DNA of 64,000 nucleotides from Escherichia coli (GTDB lineage Bacteria; Pseudomonadota; Gammaproteobacteria; Enterobacterales; Enterobacteriaceae): NCBI RefSeq assembly GCF_045037415.1, contig NZ_CP173438.1; one strand, 5' to 3'. Shown piece by piece: positions 48,647 to 62,963 of this stretch (position 1 is its first letter; each line of letters starts with the position of its first letter). The notes under the pieces were generated by a model. It saw only the letters and a program-made list of their open reading frames with translations, ran no database searches and was not told where the DNA came from. The position numbers and the translations under genes were made by a program.

Positions 48647-50725
48647 CGCATTCGAGTAACGTTCTGTTTCTGGCATCCAGCGTTCTATCAGGGCTTTTGC
48701 CTGTTGTGGGTAACGTTCGTGAATATGTCGCGCCAGGCGCTGAACTTCCGGGATCATCGCCTGATCGCGCAGTAAATCCGCCACTTTAAATTCAGCATTA
48801 CCCGTCTGACGTGTACCTAACAATTCGCCAGGGCCGCGAATCTCCAGATCTTTCTGTGCAATCACAAAACCATCGTTGCTGTCGCGTAGTACCTGCAGGC
48901 GGATTTGCGCGGTTTTGGAGAGCGGCGTTTTGTAGAGCAGCACGCAGTGAGAAGCCACCGCGCCACGACCTACACGCCCGCGAAGCTGGTGTAACTGCGC
49001 CAGACCCAGACGCTCCGGGTTTTCGATAATCATCAGACTGGCATTGGGTACATCAACACCGACTTCAATGACAGTAGTGGCAACCAGCAGGTGTAGCTCG
49101 CCTTGTTTAAACGATGTCATCACCGCCTGTTTCTCGGCGGGTTTCATCCGTCCGTGTACCAGGCCAACATTCAACTCTGGTAGCGCCAGTTTCAACTCTT
49201 CCCAGGTCGCTTCCGCCGCCTGCGCTTCCAGTAATTCCGACTCTTCAATCAACGTACAAACCCAGTACGCCTGACGCCCTTCAGTCATACAGGCGTGGCG
49301 CACGCGGTCAATGATGTCGGTACGGCGGGTATCAGGAATAGCGACCGTAGTCACTGGCGTGCGGCCTGGTGGCAGCTCATCTATCACCGAGGTATCGAGA
49401 TCGGCATACGCAGTCATCGCCAGCGTGCGGGGGATGGGCGTGGCGGTCATGATCAACTGATGCGGATGGAAGCCCTGCTGCTGGCCTTTCTCCCATAACG
49501 CCAGACGCTGATGCACGCCAAAACGATGCTGTTCGTCGATAATCACCAGCGCCAGGCCGTTAAACTGCACCTGTTCCTGGAAAATGGCGTGCGTACCAAC
49601 AATCATCTGCACCTGACCGCTGGCGATGGCTTCTTGCTGAGCCAGTCGTGCTTTACCTTTCTGTTTTCCGGCGAGCCAGCCTACTTCGATACCGAGCGGT
49701 GCAAACCAGTTACGGAAGTTATTGGCGTGCTGCTCGGCGAGTAATTCGGTTGGTGCCATCAATGCCACCTGTTTGCCGTGCGCAATCGCACGCAACGCGG
49801 CGAGGGCGGCGACCAGCGTTTTACCGGAACCTACATCGCCCTGCACCAGACGCATCATCGGCACATCCAGCGCCATATCGCGCTCGATCTCCGCCACTAC
49901 GCGTGCCTGTGCGCCCGTTGGCTTGAACGGTAAGGCGGCGAGGAGTTTATTTTTCAGCGCGTCATTGGCGCTCAGCGGCTGAGCATGAAAACGTTGTGCA
50001 CCGGCACGTAACGCCAACATGCTGAGGTTGTGCGCCAGCAACTCTTCCAGAATCAGCCGGCGTTGTGCCGGATGCTGCCCGGTTTCGAGATCGCTAAGCT
50101 GTAGCGTCGGCGGTGGGCGGTGCAAAGTGCGCAACGCTTCCGGTAGCGTCATCATTCCTTGTGACAGTTCCGGCGGCAGGAGTTCTTCAATGGCGCATGT
50201 GTCGAGCAGATCCAGCGCCTGGTCGGTTAATTTACGCAGCGTAGCCTGCTTTACGCCTTCCGTAGTTGGGTAAACCGGCGTGAGCGTTTCCTGTAACTCT
50301 GGCGTGCTGAGATCGCCCTGTACGCGGTATTCCGGGTGGATCATCTCCGCACCATATTTGCCGCGCTTTGCTTCGCCATAGGCCAGCACGCGGCGGCCTG
50401 TCGCCAGGCTATTTTTCATTGCCGCATTGAAGTTGAAAAAGCGCATAGTGAGAATGCCGGAACCGTCGCTGATCTGGCAGGTCATCATCCGCCGACCGCC
50501 GAAGGAGATATTGCAGTTCAGCACTTCGCCTTCCACCGTGGCATAAACACCCGGCAGTAGTTCACCGATGGGGTAGAGATGTGTGCGATCTTCGTAGCGC
50601 AGAGGAAGGTGTAAGAGCAAATCCTGTACGGTATGCAGGTTGATTTTCGCCAGCTTGTTACTAAGCGCTGCGCCAACGCCCGTTAGGGAACTGAGCGGGA
50701 CAGCATCTAACAGGCGACCTTTCAT
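48644..50725 (-). CDS. recG: ATP-dependent DNA helicase RecG
   Basis: Translation from MKGRLLDAVPLSSLTGVGAALSNKLAK... matches recalled RecG; helicase motifs present. Confidence 0.9.
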   Translation of the reverse strand: MKGRLLDAVPLSSLTGVGAALSNKLAKINLHTVQDLLLHLPLRYEDRTHLYPIGELLPGVYATVEGEVLNCNISFGGRRMMTCQISDGSGILTMRFFNFNAAMKNSLATGRRVLAYGEAKRGKYGAEMIHPEYRVQGDLSTPELQETLTPVYPTTEGVKQATLRKLTDQALDLLDTCAIEELLPPELSQGMMTLPEALRTLHRPPPTLQLSDLETGQHPAQRRLILEELLAHNLSMLALRAGAQRFHAQPLSANDALKNKLLAALPFKPTGAQARVVAEIERDMALDVPMMRLVQGDVGSGKTLVAALAALRAIAHGKQVALMAPTELLAEQHANNFRNWFAPLGIEVGWLAGKQKGKARLAQQEAIASGQVQMIVGTHAIFQEQVQFNGLALVIIDEQHRFGVHQRLALWEKGQQQGFHPHQLIMTATPIPRTLAMTAYADLDTSVIDELPPGRTPVTTVAIPDTRRTDIIDRVRHACMTEGRQAYWVCTLIEESELLEAQAAEATWEELKLALPELNVGLVHGRMKPAEKQAVMTSFKQGELHLLVATTVIEVGVDVPNASLMIIENPERLGLAQLHQLRGRVGRGAVASHCVLLYKTPLSKTAQIRLQVLRDSNDGFVIAQKDLEIRGPGELLGTRQTGNAEFKVADLLRDQAMIPEVQRLARHIHERYPQQAKALIERWMPETERYSNA

Positions 50726-50730
50726 CGCGC

Positions 50731-51420
50731 TTACCCTGCGGCCTGCATGGTGGACCACCAGTCAGCATCGGCTTCAATCTCGCCTTGCTGATTAACGTGG
50801 GGGTAGGGCAGACCTTTGCGTTTTGCGACTTTCGCCAGCACCGGATAGCCGCCTTCAAACAGCAGGCGTTGTTGCTCGGCTTCCGGCAACATGCTGTTTT
50901 CACGCAGGTACATGCCCGCATTTTGCCGCTGGCGCTGGGCTTCGTAAAGAATGAGGGCTGAGGCAACGGAAACATTCAGCGACTGCACCATGCCGATCAT
51001 CGGAATGATGATATCCTGATCCGCCAGGGCCAACGCTTCCTGCGTGATGCCCGTTTTCTCCTGTCCCATCAAAATACAGGTCGGGCGAGTGTAATCAATT
51101 TCGCGGAAATCAACAGCGTTATCAGAAAGATGGGTTGCCAGAATCTGCATGCCCTGGCCTTTCAGATGAGCGACGGCATCGCCAATGGTGCGGTGCGTTT
51201 TCACCTGTACCCAGCTGTTACTACCCGCAGCTGCCGAAGCCATGGTGCGCATCCGGCTGCCAGGCCAGACAGCATGAACTTCATGTACGCCAACGGCATC
51301 TGCGGTACGAATAATCGCAGAAACGTTATGAGGTTTGTGGACCTGCTCCATGCAGACGGTCAGATCAGGCTGCCGCCTGGCGAGCATTTCGCAGATGCGT
51401 GCATAACGTGTTGGGTTCAT
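50731..51420 (-). CDS. trmH: tRNA (Gm18) 2'-O-methyltransferase TrmH (SpoU)
   Basis: 229-aa ORF MNPTRYARICEMLARRQPDLTVCMEQVHKPHN... matches recalled TrmH. Confidence 0.9.
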   Translation of the reverse strand: MNPTRYARICEMLARRQPDLTVCMEQVHKPHNVSAIIRTADAVGVHEVHAVWPGSRMRTMASAAAGSNSWVQVKTHRTIGDAVAHLKGQGMQILATHLSDNAVDFREIDYTRPTCILMGQEKTGITQEALALADQDIIIPMIGMVQSLNVSVASALILYEAQRQRQNAGMYLRENSMLPEAEQQRLLFEGGYPVLAKVAKRKGLPYPHVNQQGEIEADADWWSTMQAAG

Positions 51421-51426
51421 AAAACA

Positions 51427-53535
51427 TTAATTTCGGTTTCGGGTGACTTTAATCACGTCTGGCATCACGCGGATTTTGCGCATGATATTCGCCAGATGCA
51501 CACGGTCACGGGCGGTCAGACGAATAAAGGCGCTATAGACGCGACCATCTTTCTCTTCCGTATTCAAACTTTGAATATTCGAGGTCGTGGTGTTAATTGC
51601 CGCCGTCAGGTTTGCCAGCGCGCCCTGATGATTGAACATCTCCACCTTGATTTCGGTGATGAATTCCTGCGCCGTCTCTTTATCCCATTCAACAGCCATA
51701 AACTTCTCTGGCTCTTTCTGGTAGCCACGGATGTTACGGCAGGATTCATGGTGGATCACCAGACCTTTACCGGGGCTGACGTGGGCGATAATCGGGTCGC
51801 CAGGAATTGGGCGGCAGCATTTCGCAAAGGTGATCAGCACGCCATCGGCACCTTTAATGGGCAGATGTCCGTGACTTTGGGTTGCCGGTGGAATGGAGGC
51901 GTCCCCATGTTGCAGATTTTTCGCGACCACCACGCTCATTGCGTTACCAAGGCCGATTTCTGCCAGCAGATCGTCAAGCGTTGCCAGCTTCATGCGGTCC
52001 AGCTCGCGCTGAATATTTTCCTGCGGGATTTCATTGAGCTTACGGCTACCACCCAACGCATGGTTGAGCAGACGACGGCCCAGGCTTACAGAATCATCAC
52101 GCTTGAGGTTTTTCAGCAACTGACGAATTTTGGCGCGCGCTTTCGAGCTGACGACAAAGTTCAGCCACGCGGCATTCGGGCGAGCACCCGGTGCGGTAAT
52201 GATTTCAACGGTTTGACCGCTAGTAAGCGGCTGCGACAGCGGGTAAGGCTGGCGGTCGACGCGTGCGCCCACGCAGGCATGGCCGATATCGGTATGCACC
52301 GCATAAGCGAAGTCGACGGGCGTTGCACCGGCAGGCAGTTCGACAATGCGCCCTTCTGGTGTGAAAACGTAAATCTCATCCGGGAAGAGATCGGATTTAA
52401 CGCTCTCGATAAATTCAAACGAGCTACCGGCACTCTGTTGCAGCTCCAGCAGGCTTTGCATCCAGCGCTGGGCGCGTATTTGCGCGGTAGTGCTGGTTTC
52501 GCCGTGCTCTTTATAAGCCCAGTGCGCGGCAACACCCATCTCCGCCATCTGATCCATATCTTCGGTACGGATCTGGACCTCAACCGGCACGCCGTGCGGG
52601 CCAATCATCGAGGTGTGCAAAGACTGATAGCCGTTCGCTTTTGGAATGGCGATATAGTCTTTCACGCGGCCCGGACGCGGCTTGTACAGGCTGTGCATCT
52701 GGCCCAGCACGCGATAACAGGTGTCAGAATCATTGACGATCACGCGGAAAGCGTAGATGTCCATGATTGAGTGAAAACGCTGCTCTTTGAGCACCATTTT
52801 GCAGTAAATCGAATAAAGATGCTTTTCGCGACCACTGACGCGGCACGGTATTCCCGCTTCCTGCAAACGCCCTTCGATTTCAGAAAGAATCTTCTGGATC
52901 ATCTCTTTACGGTTGCCGCGCGCGGCTTTCACCACTTCTTTGATTACGCGATAACGGTTGGGATACAGCGCCTCAAAACCCAGCTCCTCGAGTTCGGTTT
53001 TAATGTGGTGGATACCTAAACGGTGCGCCAGCGGGCTGTATATTTCGAGAGTTTCACGGGCGATGCGGCGACGTTTGTCCGGGCGAAGTGAGCCCAGCGT
53101 GCGCATGTTGTGGGTACGGTCGGCAAGTTTGATGAGAATGACGCGGATATCCTGCACCATCGCCATAATCATCTTGCGAAAGTTTTCGGCCTGCGCCTCT
53201 TTCTTATCGCGGAACTTGAGTTTATCAAGTTTCGACACCCCCTCTACCAGCTCGGCGACGCTTTTACCAAAAAGCTGTTCCATGTCCTGGTAGGTGGCGG
53301 GTGTATCTTCAATCACATCATGCAGCAGCGCCGCCATCAGCGTTTCATAGTCGAGTTTCATCTCGGCCAGAATGCAGGCAACCGCCACCGGATGCGTGAT
53401 ATAGGGTTCACCGCTTGAACGTGTTTGCCCCTCGTGAGCATCACGTGCAACGAGATACGCCTGCCGCAGACGCTTGATTTGGTCTTCCGGCAGGTAGTTT
53501 TGAATCAGCTGATTCAGGCTTTCAAACAGATACAA
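51427..53535 (-). CDS. spoT: Bifunctional (p)ppGpp synthetase/hydrolase SpoT
   Basis: 702-aa ORF MYLFESLNQLIQNYLPEDQIKRLRQAYLVARDAHEGQTRSSGEPYITHP... matches recalled SpoT. Confidence 0.95.
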   Translation of the reverse strand: MYLFESLNQLIQNYLPEDQIKRLRQAYLVARDAHEGQTRSSGEPYITHPVAVACILAEMKLDYETLMAALLHDVIEDTPATYQDMEQLFGKSVAELVEGVSKLDKLKFRDKKEAQAENFRKMIMAMVQDIRVILIKLADRTHNMRTLGSLRPDKRRRIARETLEIYSPLAHRLGIHHIKTELEELGFEALYPNRYRVIKEVVKAARGNRKEMIQKILSEIEGRLQEAGIPCRVSGREKHLYSIYCKMVLKEQRFHSIMDIYAFRVIVNDSDTCYRVLGQMHSLYKPRPGRVKDYIAIPKANGYQSLHTSMIGPHGVPVEVQIRTEDMDQMAEMGVAAHWAYKEHGETSTTAQIRAQRWMQSLLELQQSAGSSFEFIESVKSDLFPDEIYVFTPEGRIVELPAGATPVDFAYAVHTDIGHACVGARVDRQPYPLSQPLTSGQTVEIITAPGARPNAAWLNFVVSSKARAKIRQLLKNLKRDDSVSLGRRLLNHALGGSRKLNEIPQENIQRELDRMKLATLDDLLAEIGLGNAMSVVVAKNLQHGDASIPPATQSHGHLPIKGADGVLITFAKCCRPIPGDPIIAHVSPGKGLVIHHESCRNIRGYQKEPEKFMAVEWDKETAQEFITEIKVEMFNHQGALANLTAAINTTTSNIQSLNTEEKDGRVYSAFIRLTARDRVHLANIMRKIRVMPDVIKVTRNRN

Positions 53536-53553
53536 GGGCGACCCGCTTTGTGA

Positions 53554-53829
53554 TTAACGACGACCTTCAGCAATAGCGGTAACGGCTTGTAATTCAGCGG
53601 CTTCCTGCTCTTGCTGCTCCTGGCGTTCGCGAACGTCGAGGATCTGGTTGTTGATCAGACCTTCTTCGATTTCGCGCAGCGCGATTACAGTGGTTTTATC
53701 GTTTTCTTCCGGTACCAGCGGATCCTTTCCGCCTACCTGCATCTGACGAGCGCGACGCGCGGCGACCAGTACCAGGTCAAAACGGTTACCAATTTTCTCT
53801 ACAGCGTCCTGAACAGTTACGCGTGCCAT
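53554..53829 (-). CDS. rpoZ: RNA polymerase omega subunit
   Basis: 91-aa [34 protein letters not shown]... Confidence 0.95.
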
Positions 53830-53883
53830 ACTTAAAAAGCTCCACAGGTGAAGAAATGACTGGGCATGATACTGAAATCAGGT

Positions 53884-54648
<765 letters not shown>

Positions 54649-54672
54649 GATTCACTGCAATAAAGACGATTC

Positions 54673-54717
<45 letters not shown>

Positions 54718-54727
54718 CTTCACCACA

Positions 54728-57061
<2,334 letters not shown>

Positions 57062-57312
57062 GGTTCTCTCCCTAAAAATCTGTCTGGAAGGGTAGCGATT
57101 TGTGCGCATTGTCACGATTGAGATTTTTTAAGGAGAGAATAGATTGATAATTTGTAGTTATGTGAAATTGCTATTTTCTGTAGTAAGAATGCATTTTTCT
57201 GATTTTGTGATAAGTAAAATGCATTAGAAAAAGTATGGAGTAAATAAATATGAGGACGAAACTATATGCGTAGCGCCGCTGTAATTAACAACGGCCTACG
57301 GAGATATGTCGC

Positions 57313-58176
57313 TTACTCGATATTCTGAATCTGCTCGCGCATCTGTTCAATCAACACTTTCAGCTCGATGGCGGAGTTTGTCACTTCGGCGTTGATAGAT
57401 TTCGACGCAAGAGTGTTCGACTCGCGGTTGAACTCCTGCATCATAAAGTCCAGACGACGACCAACGGCTTCTTTTTTCTTCAGAATGTTGTAGGTTTCTT
57501 TGACATGCGCTTCGAGGCGGTCCAGTTCTTCGGCAACGTCAATTCGTTGTGCCAGCAGAACCAACTCCTGCTCCAGACGGTTGTTTTCCAGTTGCACCTG
57601 AGCATCTTCCAGCTTCGCTACCAGACGCTCACGCTGCCATTGCAGGATTTCCGGCATATGGGCGCGGACTTTGACCACTTCGGCGGTGACGCCTTCCAGA
57701 CGCTGCTCAATCAACACTTTCAGCGCCTGACCTTCGGTTTCGCGCGCGATGATAAAGTCATCCAGGGTGCCATCCAACGCCGCGAGAATTTCAGCTGCAA
57801 TCGCGTCGAGATCTTGCTCCTGGGCTGCCATCACGCCCGGCCAGCGTAGAATATCAACCGGGTTGATTTCTCCTTCGTCGCTCTGCATTTTTACCCAGTT
57901 CGCGGCAGTTACCAGCTGTTTAGCCAGTTTTTCGTTGAGGATCAGCTCACCTTGCGCGCTAACATCTGGCTCATAGCGCAGAGTACATTCCACTTTACCG
58001 CGCGTCAGGCGAGAACGAATACGCTCGCGAACGACAGGTTCAAGGCTACGGAACTGCTCCGGCAGACGAAAGTAAGTTTCCAGATAACGCTGGTTTACCG
58101 AGCGCATTTCCCAGGTTGCGCTCCCCCATTCACCCTTGATTTCACGCCGGGCGTAGGCGGTCATACTGCGGATCAT
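57313..58176 (-). CDS. yicC: YicC-family stress-induced protein
   Basis: 287-aa ORF MIRSMTAYARREIKGEWGSATWEMRSVNQRYLETYFRLPEQ... Confidence 0.9.
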   Translation of the reverse strand: MIRSMTAYARREIKGEWGSATWEMRSVNQRYLETYFRLPEQFRSLEPVVRERIRSRLTRGKVECTLRYEPDVSAQGELILNEKLAKQLVTAANWVKMQSDEGEINPVDILRWPGVMAAQEQDLDAIAAEILAALDGTLDDFIIARETEGQALKVLIEQRLEGVTAEVVKVRAHMPEILQWQRERLVAKLEDAQVQLENNRLEQELVLLAQRIDVAEELDRLEAHVKETYNILKKKEAVGRRLDFMMQEFNRESNTLASKSINAEVTNSAIELKVLIEQMREQIQNIE

Positions 58177-58302
58177 AGACGTTCCTGTTTATAAAAGGAG
58201 AGGTGGAAGGATTATAGCCATCGATGCCTTGTCAGGATAGGAATAACCGCCGGAAGTCCGTATAATGCGCAGCCACATTTGTTTCAAGCCGGAGATTTCA
58301 AT

Positions 58303-59020
58303 ATGCGTCCAGCAGGCCGTAGCAATAATCAGGTGCGTCCCGTTACCCTGACTCGTAACTATACAAAACATGCAGAAGGCTCGGTGCTGGTCGAATTTGG
58401 CGATACCAAAGTATTGTGTACCGCCTCTATTGAAGAAGGCGTGCCGCGCTTCCTGAAAGGTCAGGGCCAGGGCTGGATCACCGCAGAGTACGGTATGCTG
58501 CCGCGTTCTACCCATACCCGTAACGCGCGTGAAGCGGCGAAAGGTAAGCAGGGTGGACGCACAATGGAAATCCAGCGTCTAATCGCCCGTGCTCTTCGCG
58601 CGGCAGTAGATTTGAAAGCACTGGGTGAGTTCACCATTACGCTGGACTGTGACGTGCTTCAGGCTGATGGTGGCACGCGTACCGCTTCGATTACGGGTGC
58701 CTGCGTGGCGCTGGCAGATGCGCTACAGAAGCTGGTGGAAAACGGCAAGCTGAAAACTAATCCAATGAAAGGGATGGTAGCCGCGGTCTCTGTCGGGATT
58801 GTGAACGGTGAAGCGGTTTGCGATCTGGAATATGTTGAAGACTCTGCCGCAGAGAACCGACATGAACGTAGTGATGACCGAAGACGGGCGTATCATTGAA
58901 GTGCAGGGGACGGCAGAAGGCGAACCGTTCACCCACGAAGAGTTACTCACCTTGTTGGCGCTGGCCCGAGGGGGAATCGAATCCATTGTAGCGACGCAGA
59001 AGGCGGCGCTGGCAAACTGA
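58303..59020 (+). pseudogene. rph: RNase PH gene with a +1 frameshift (extra A near 58855) giving premature stop at 58897-58899; C-terminal 55 codons continue in another frame to the normal stop
   Basis: ORF 58279-58899 matches RNase PH to ...EYVEDSAAE then reads [14 protein letters not shown]; ORF 58808-59020 encodes the expected C-terminus [53 protein letters not shown]. Confidence 0.75.
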
Positions 59021-59024
59021 TTTT

Positions 59025-59053
59025 TAAGGCGACTGATGAGTCGCCTTTTTTTT
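59025..59053 (+). promoter_or_regulatory. pyrE attenuator (rho-independent terminator hairpin in the rph-pyrE intercistronic region)
   Basis: Stem GGCGAC / GTCGCC followed by a 9-nt T run immediately after the rph stop and upstream of pyrE. Confidence 0.75.
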
Positions 59054-59085
59054 GTCTGTAGAAAAGTAAGATGAGGAGCGAAGGC

Positions 59086-59727
59086 ATGAAACCATATCAG
59101 CGCCAGTTTATTGAATTTGCGCTTAGCAAGCAGGTGTTAAAGTTTGGCGAGTTTACGCTGAAATCCGGGCGCAAAAGCCCCTATTTCTTCAACGCCGGGC
59201 TGTTTAATACCGGGCGCGATCTGGCACTGTTAGGCCGTTTTTACGCTGAAGCATTGGTGGATTCCGGCATTGAGTTCGATCTGCTGTTTGGCCCTGCTTA
59301 CAAAGGGATCCCGATTGCCACCACTACCGCCGTGGCGCTGGCGGAGCATCATGACCTTGACCTACCGTACTGCTTTAACCGCAAAGAGGCAAAAGACCAC
59401 GGTGAAGGCGGTAATCTGGTTGGTAGCGCGTTACAAGGACGCGTAATGCTGGTAGATGATGTGATCACCGCCGGAACGGCGATTCGCGAGTCGATGGAAA
59501 TTATTCAGGCCAATGGCGCGACGCTTGCAGGCGTGTTGATTTCGCTTGATCGTCAGGAACGCGGGCGCGGCGAAATTTCGGCGATTCAGGAAGTTGAGCG
59601 TGATTACAACTGCAAGGTGATCTCTATCATCACCCTGAAAGACCTGATTGCTTACCTGGAAGAGAAGCCAGAAATGGCGGAACATCTGGCGGCGGTTAAG
59701 GCCTATCGCGAAGAGTTTGGCGTTTAA
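59086..59727 (+). CDS. pyrE: Orotate phosphoribosyltransferase
   Basis: Translation from [29 protein letters not shown]... matches recalled PyrE. Confidence 0.9.
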
Positions 59728-59763
59728 CGAAACTCGCCGGATGAAAAGTCATCCGGCGTCATA

Positions 59764-60360
59764 TTACTGCAACTGTGCGGCAATTAGCGGCCAGCGGGCG
59801 TCAAAATCATCCGTCGGGCGGTATTTAAACTCGCTGCGGACAAATCGTGACAGCATACCTTCACAAAATGCCAGCAACTGGCTTGCCAGCAGGGTTTCAT
59901 CGGTGGTGTAACCTTCACCCTCACGCATTCTCTTTTCACGCAATACCTGACGCAACTGCGCTTCAATACGCTCGAACAGCTGGTTGATGCGCCCTTGCAG
60001 ACGATCCTGTTCGAACATTAGCGCATGACCAGTGAGGATGCGAGTCAGGCCAGGATTACGCTCACCAAAACCGAGGAGCAACAACACGATCAGACGCAGG
60101 CGCGCTGTGGTGTCTTTCTCATCTTTCAGAATCAGGTTGATACGAGTAATCAGGCTATCTTCGATAAACTCAATCAGGCTATCGAACATGCGGGTCTTAC
60201 TGGGGAAGTGGCGATACAGTGCCGCTTCGGAAACGCCGACAGAGGCGGCCAGTTTTGCCGTCGTGATACGTTGGCTTCCATCGCTGGATTCCAGCATCAG
60301 CGCCAGAGACTGAAGTATTTCCTCGCGACGGTTCCTTTTCGCAGTTTGTTTTTCTGCCAT
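59764..60360 (-). CDS. slmA: Nucleoid occlusion factor SlmA (TetR family)
   Basis: Translation from [52 protein letters not shown]... matches recalled SlmA. Confidence 0.9.
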
Positions 60361-60466
60361 GTTACAAAATACCCCTGAAAATAAGCACTTGCCAGGCGGC
60401 ACCCACGCTATGACCGCAAACGAAATGTTTGCGGCTATGTTATGACGTTATTCGGATGCGTATGTG

Positions 60467-60922
60467 TTACTGACGACCAGAGTGACCAAAGCCGCCTTCA
60501 CCGCGGTCGGTGGCGTCGAAATCTTCCACCAGATTAAATTCAGCCTGTACTACCGGAACAAAAATCATCTGGGCGATGCGTTCGCCAGGTTGAATGGTGA
60601 AGCTGTCCTGACCACGGTTCCACACGGAAATCATCAACTGGCCCTGATAGTCAGAATCGATCAATCCTACCAGGTTACCAAGCACGATACCGTGCTTATG
60701 TCCCAATCCGGAGCGCGGTAGCATCATTGCCGCCAGTGAAGGATCGGCAATATGAATCGCCAGCCCGGTCGGAACCAGCGTAGTGTCACCCGGAGCCAGT
60801 TCTACGGCGTCGTCGAGACAGGCACGCAGGTCAAGTCCGGCAGAGCCAGAGGTGGCATAAGTCGGGAGCGGAAATTCCTTCCCAACGCGCGGGTCCAGAA
60901 TCTTAACGTCGATTTTTTTCAT
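60467..60922 (-). CDS. dut: dUTP pyrophosphatase
   Basis: Translation [36 protein letters not shown]... matches recalled Dut. Confidence 0.9.
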
Positions 60923-62123
60923 CATAACGGGTCACGATCTCGTCGAGTAATAATTGGCCAAGGAGCTCTTTGCGCTCAAGCGGTAAGACTTTATCTCCGT
61001 CCTGCCAGAAAAGGTGTAATGCGTTGTTGTCGCTGTTAAATCCTTGAGTTGGCTGGGAAACATCGTTCGCGCAGATCAGATCAAGGTTTTTACGGATACG
61101 TTTTTGCCGGGCGTATTCTTCCACATTATTTGTTTCGGCGGCAAATCCAACGACGTAAGGTCGATGGTCTTTTAGTGCGGCAACGCCTGCGACGATATCG
61201 GGGTTTTTAACCATTTTTATTGTTAATTCATCACCCTGCGTGGCCTGCTTTTTGATTTTTTCTGGGGCCACGGTAGCTGCGCGATAATCCGCCACGGCGG
61301 CGCAACCGATAAAAATATTTTGCTGCTGTACTGAAGCATTCACGGCGGCTTCCATTTCCAGCGCGGTCATCACATCAACACGGTTAACAAACGGTGGCGT
61401 CGGTAGTGAAACCGGACCTGATACCAGCGTGACGTTCGCGCCACGACGGGCTGCGGCGGCGGCGATAGCAAAACCCATCTTGCCGGAGCTGTGATTAGAG
61501 ATATAACGCACGGGATCGAGCGGTTCACGCGTCGGACCGGCGGTAATCATAATGTTCAGATGTTTCAGGTCGTTGACGGGCGAAAAATGCGCTACCGCCA
61601 TATCCACAATAGTTAACGGATCGAGCATTCGTCCTGGGCCGATATCACCACAAGCCTGACTGCCGCTGTCTGGCCCCCAGATGAGCAAACCACGTGAGGC
61701 AAGCACCTCTAAATTATGCTGGGTGGCGGCGGCACGGTACATCTGCTGGTTCATGGCGGGGAGCACGGCTACAGGCGCAGGTGTAGCCAGACAAATCGTC
61801 GATACCAGGTCATTCGCCATTCCGGCTGCAACACGGGCAATTAAATCTGCCGTGGCAGGGGCGAGAATCACTAAATCAGCCCATTTTCCCAGCTCAATAT
61901 GGCCCATAGCGGCTTCGGCTGCCGGGTCCAGCAGACTGTCGGAAACGGGATAACCAGAAACCGCCTGCAAGCTAAGTGGGGTGATAAAGGCTTTTGCCGC
62001 TTCGGTCATGGCTACGCAGACATCGGCCCCGCGATCGCGCAAACGACGCACCAGTTCAGGGGTTTTATAGGCAGCAATACCGCCGCTAACGCCGAGAACG
62101 ATTTTTTTACCGGCCAGGCTCAT
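60903..62123 (-). CDS. coaBC: Bifunctional phosphopantothenoylcysteine decarboxylase/synthetase CoaBC (Dfp)
   Basis: Translation from [35 protein letters not shown]... matches recalled Dfp; internal start chosen by homology. Confidence 0.9.
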
Positions 62124-62294
62124 GATGATTTTTCCTGTTGGGTGACACCAGAAGTTGGCGATTTTATCACAATACTTTTGTTGTCGTGCCTTCACCTGAG
62201 ATTCACTTTGCGAGGCGCTTTCCAGGATTGAAAACTGGCCGTCGATTTAAAGGAACGGCTATGACAGGATGCGAGCACCACAAAGGAGGTGAAG

Positions 62295-62963
62295 GTGAAA
62301 AACAATGTACAGCTGTTGATGCCGCGCGAAAAAATGCTGAAGTTTGGTATTAGCGCCTTAACGGATGTCGAGCTGCTGGCGCTATTTCTGCGTACCGGAA
62401 CGCGCGGTAAAGATGTATTAACCCTGGCAAAAGAGATGCTGGAGAATTTCGGCTCTCTTTATGGCTTGTTAACCTCTGAATATGAGCAATTTAGTGGCGT
62501 TCATGGAATTGGCGTGGCGAAATTCGCCCAGTTAAAGGGGATTGCCGAACTGGCGCGGCGTTACTACAACGTACGGATGCGTGAAGAAAGCCCTTTACTC
62601 AGCCCGGAGATGACGAGGGAATTTTTACAAAGCCAGCTCACGGGCGAGGAGCGGGAGATCTTTATGGTGATCTTTCTCGACTCCCAACACAGGGTTATAA
62701 CGCATAGCCGTCTTTTTTCCGGCACGCTAAACCATGTTGAAGTCCATCCTCGGGAAATTATCCGCGAAGCGATAAAAATAAACGCCTCGGCGCTGATCCT
62801 TGCGCATAATCACCCTTCGGGTTGTGCTGAACCCAGTAAAGCGGATAAACTCATTACTGAACGGATAATAAAGAGTTGTCAGTTCATGGATTTACGCGTG
62901 CTCGACCATATCGTGATTGGGCGTGGAGAGTATGTTTCTTTTGCCGAACGCGGCTGGATTTAA
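62295..62963 (+). CDS. yicR: RadC-like JAB-domain protein YicR
   Basis: ORF with HNHPSG JAMM-like motif; GTG start 5 nt after an AGGAGG RBS chosen to match recalled YicR length. Confidence 0.8.
   Translation: MKNNVQLLMPREKMLKFGISALTDVELLALFLRTGTRGKDVLTLAKEMLENFGSLYGLLTSEYEQFSGVHGIGVAKFAQLKGIAELARRYYNVRMREESPLLSPEMTREFLQSQLTGEEREIFMVIFLDSQHRVITHSRLFSGTLNHVEVHPREIIREAIKINASALILAHNHPSGCAEPSKADKLITERIIKSCQFMDLRVLDHIVIGRGEYVSFAERGWI

Noticed and set aside
49044-50560. Series of 66-92-aa plus-strand ORFs
   Set aside because: All antisense to recG; no independent support.
51130-52770. 546-aa ORF on the plus strand
   Set aside because: Lies entirely antisense to spoT, whose translation matches a highly conserved protein; shadow ORF of a GC-rich gene.
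58303-59020. Equating the rph frameshift with the classical K-12 rph-1 allele
   Set aside because: rph-1 is a 1-bp deletion affecting only the last codons; here it is a 1-bp insertion about 55 codons from the end, and the wild-type 3' end is intact in the +1 frame.
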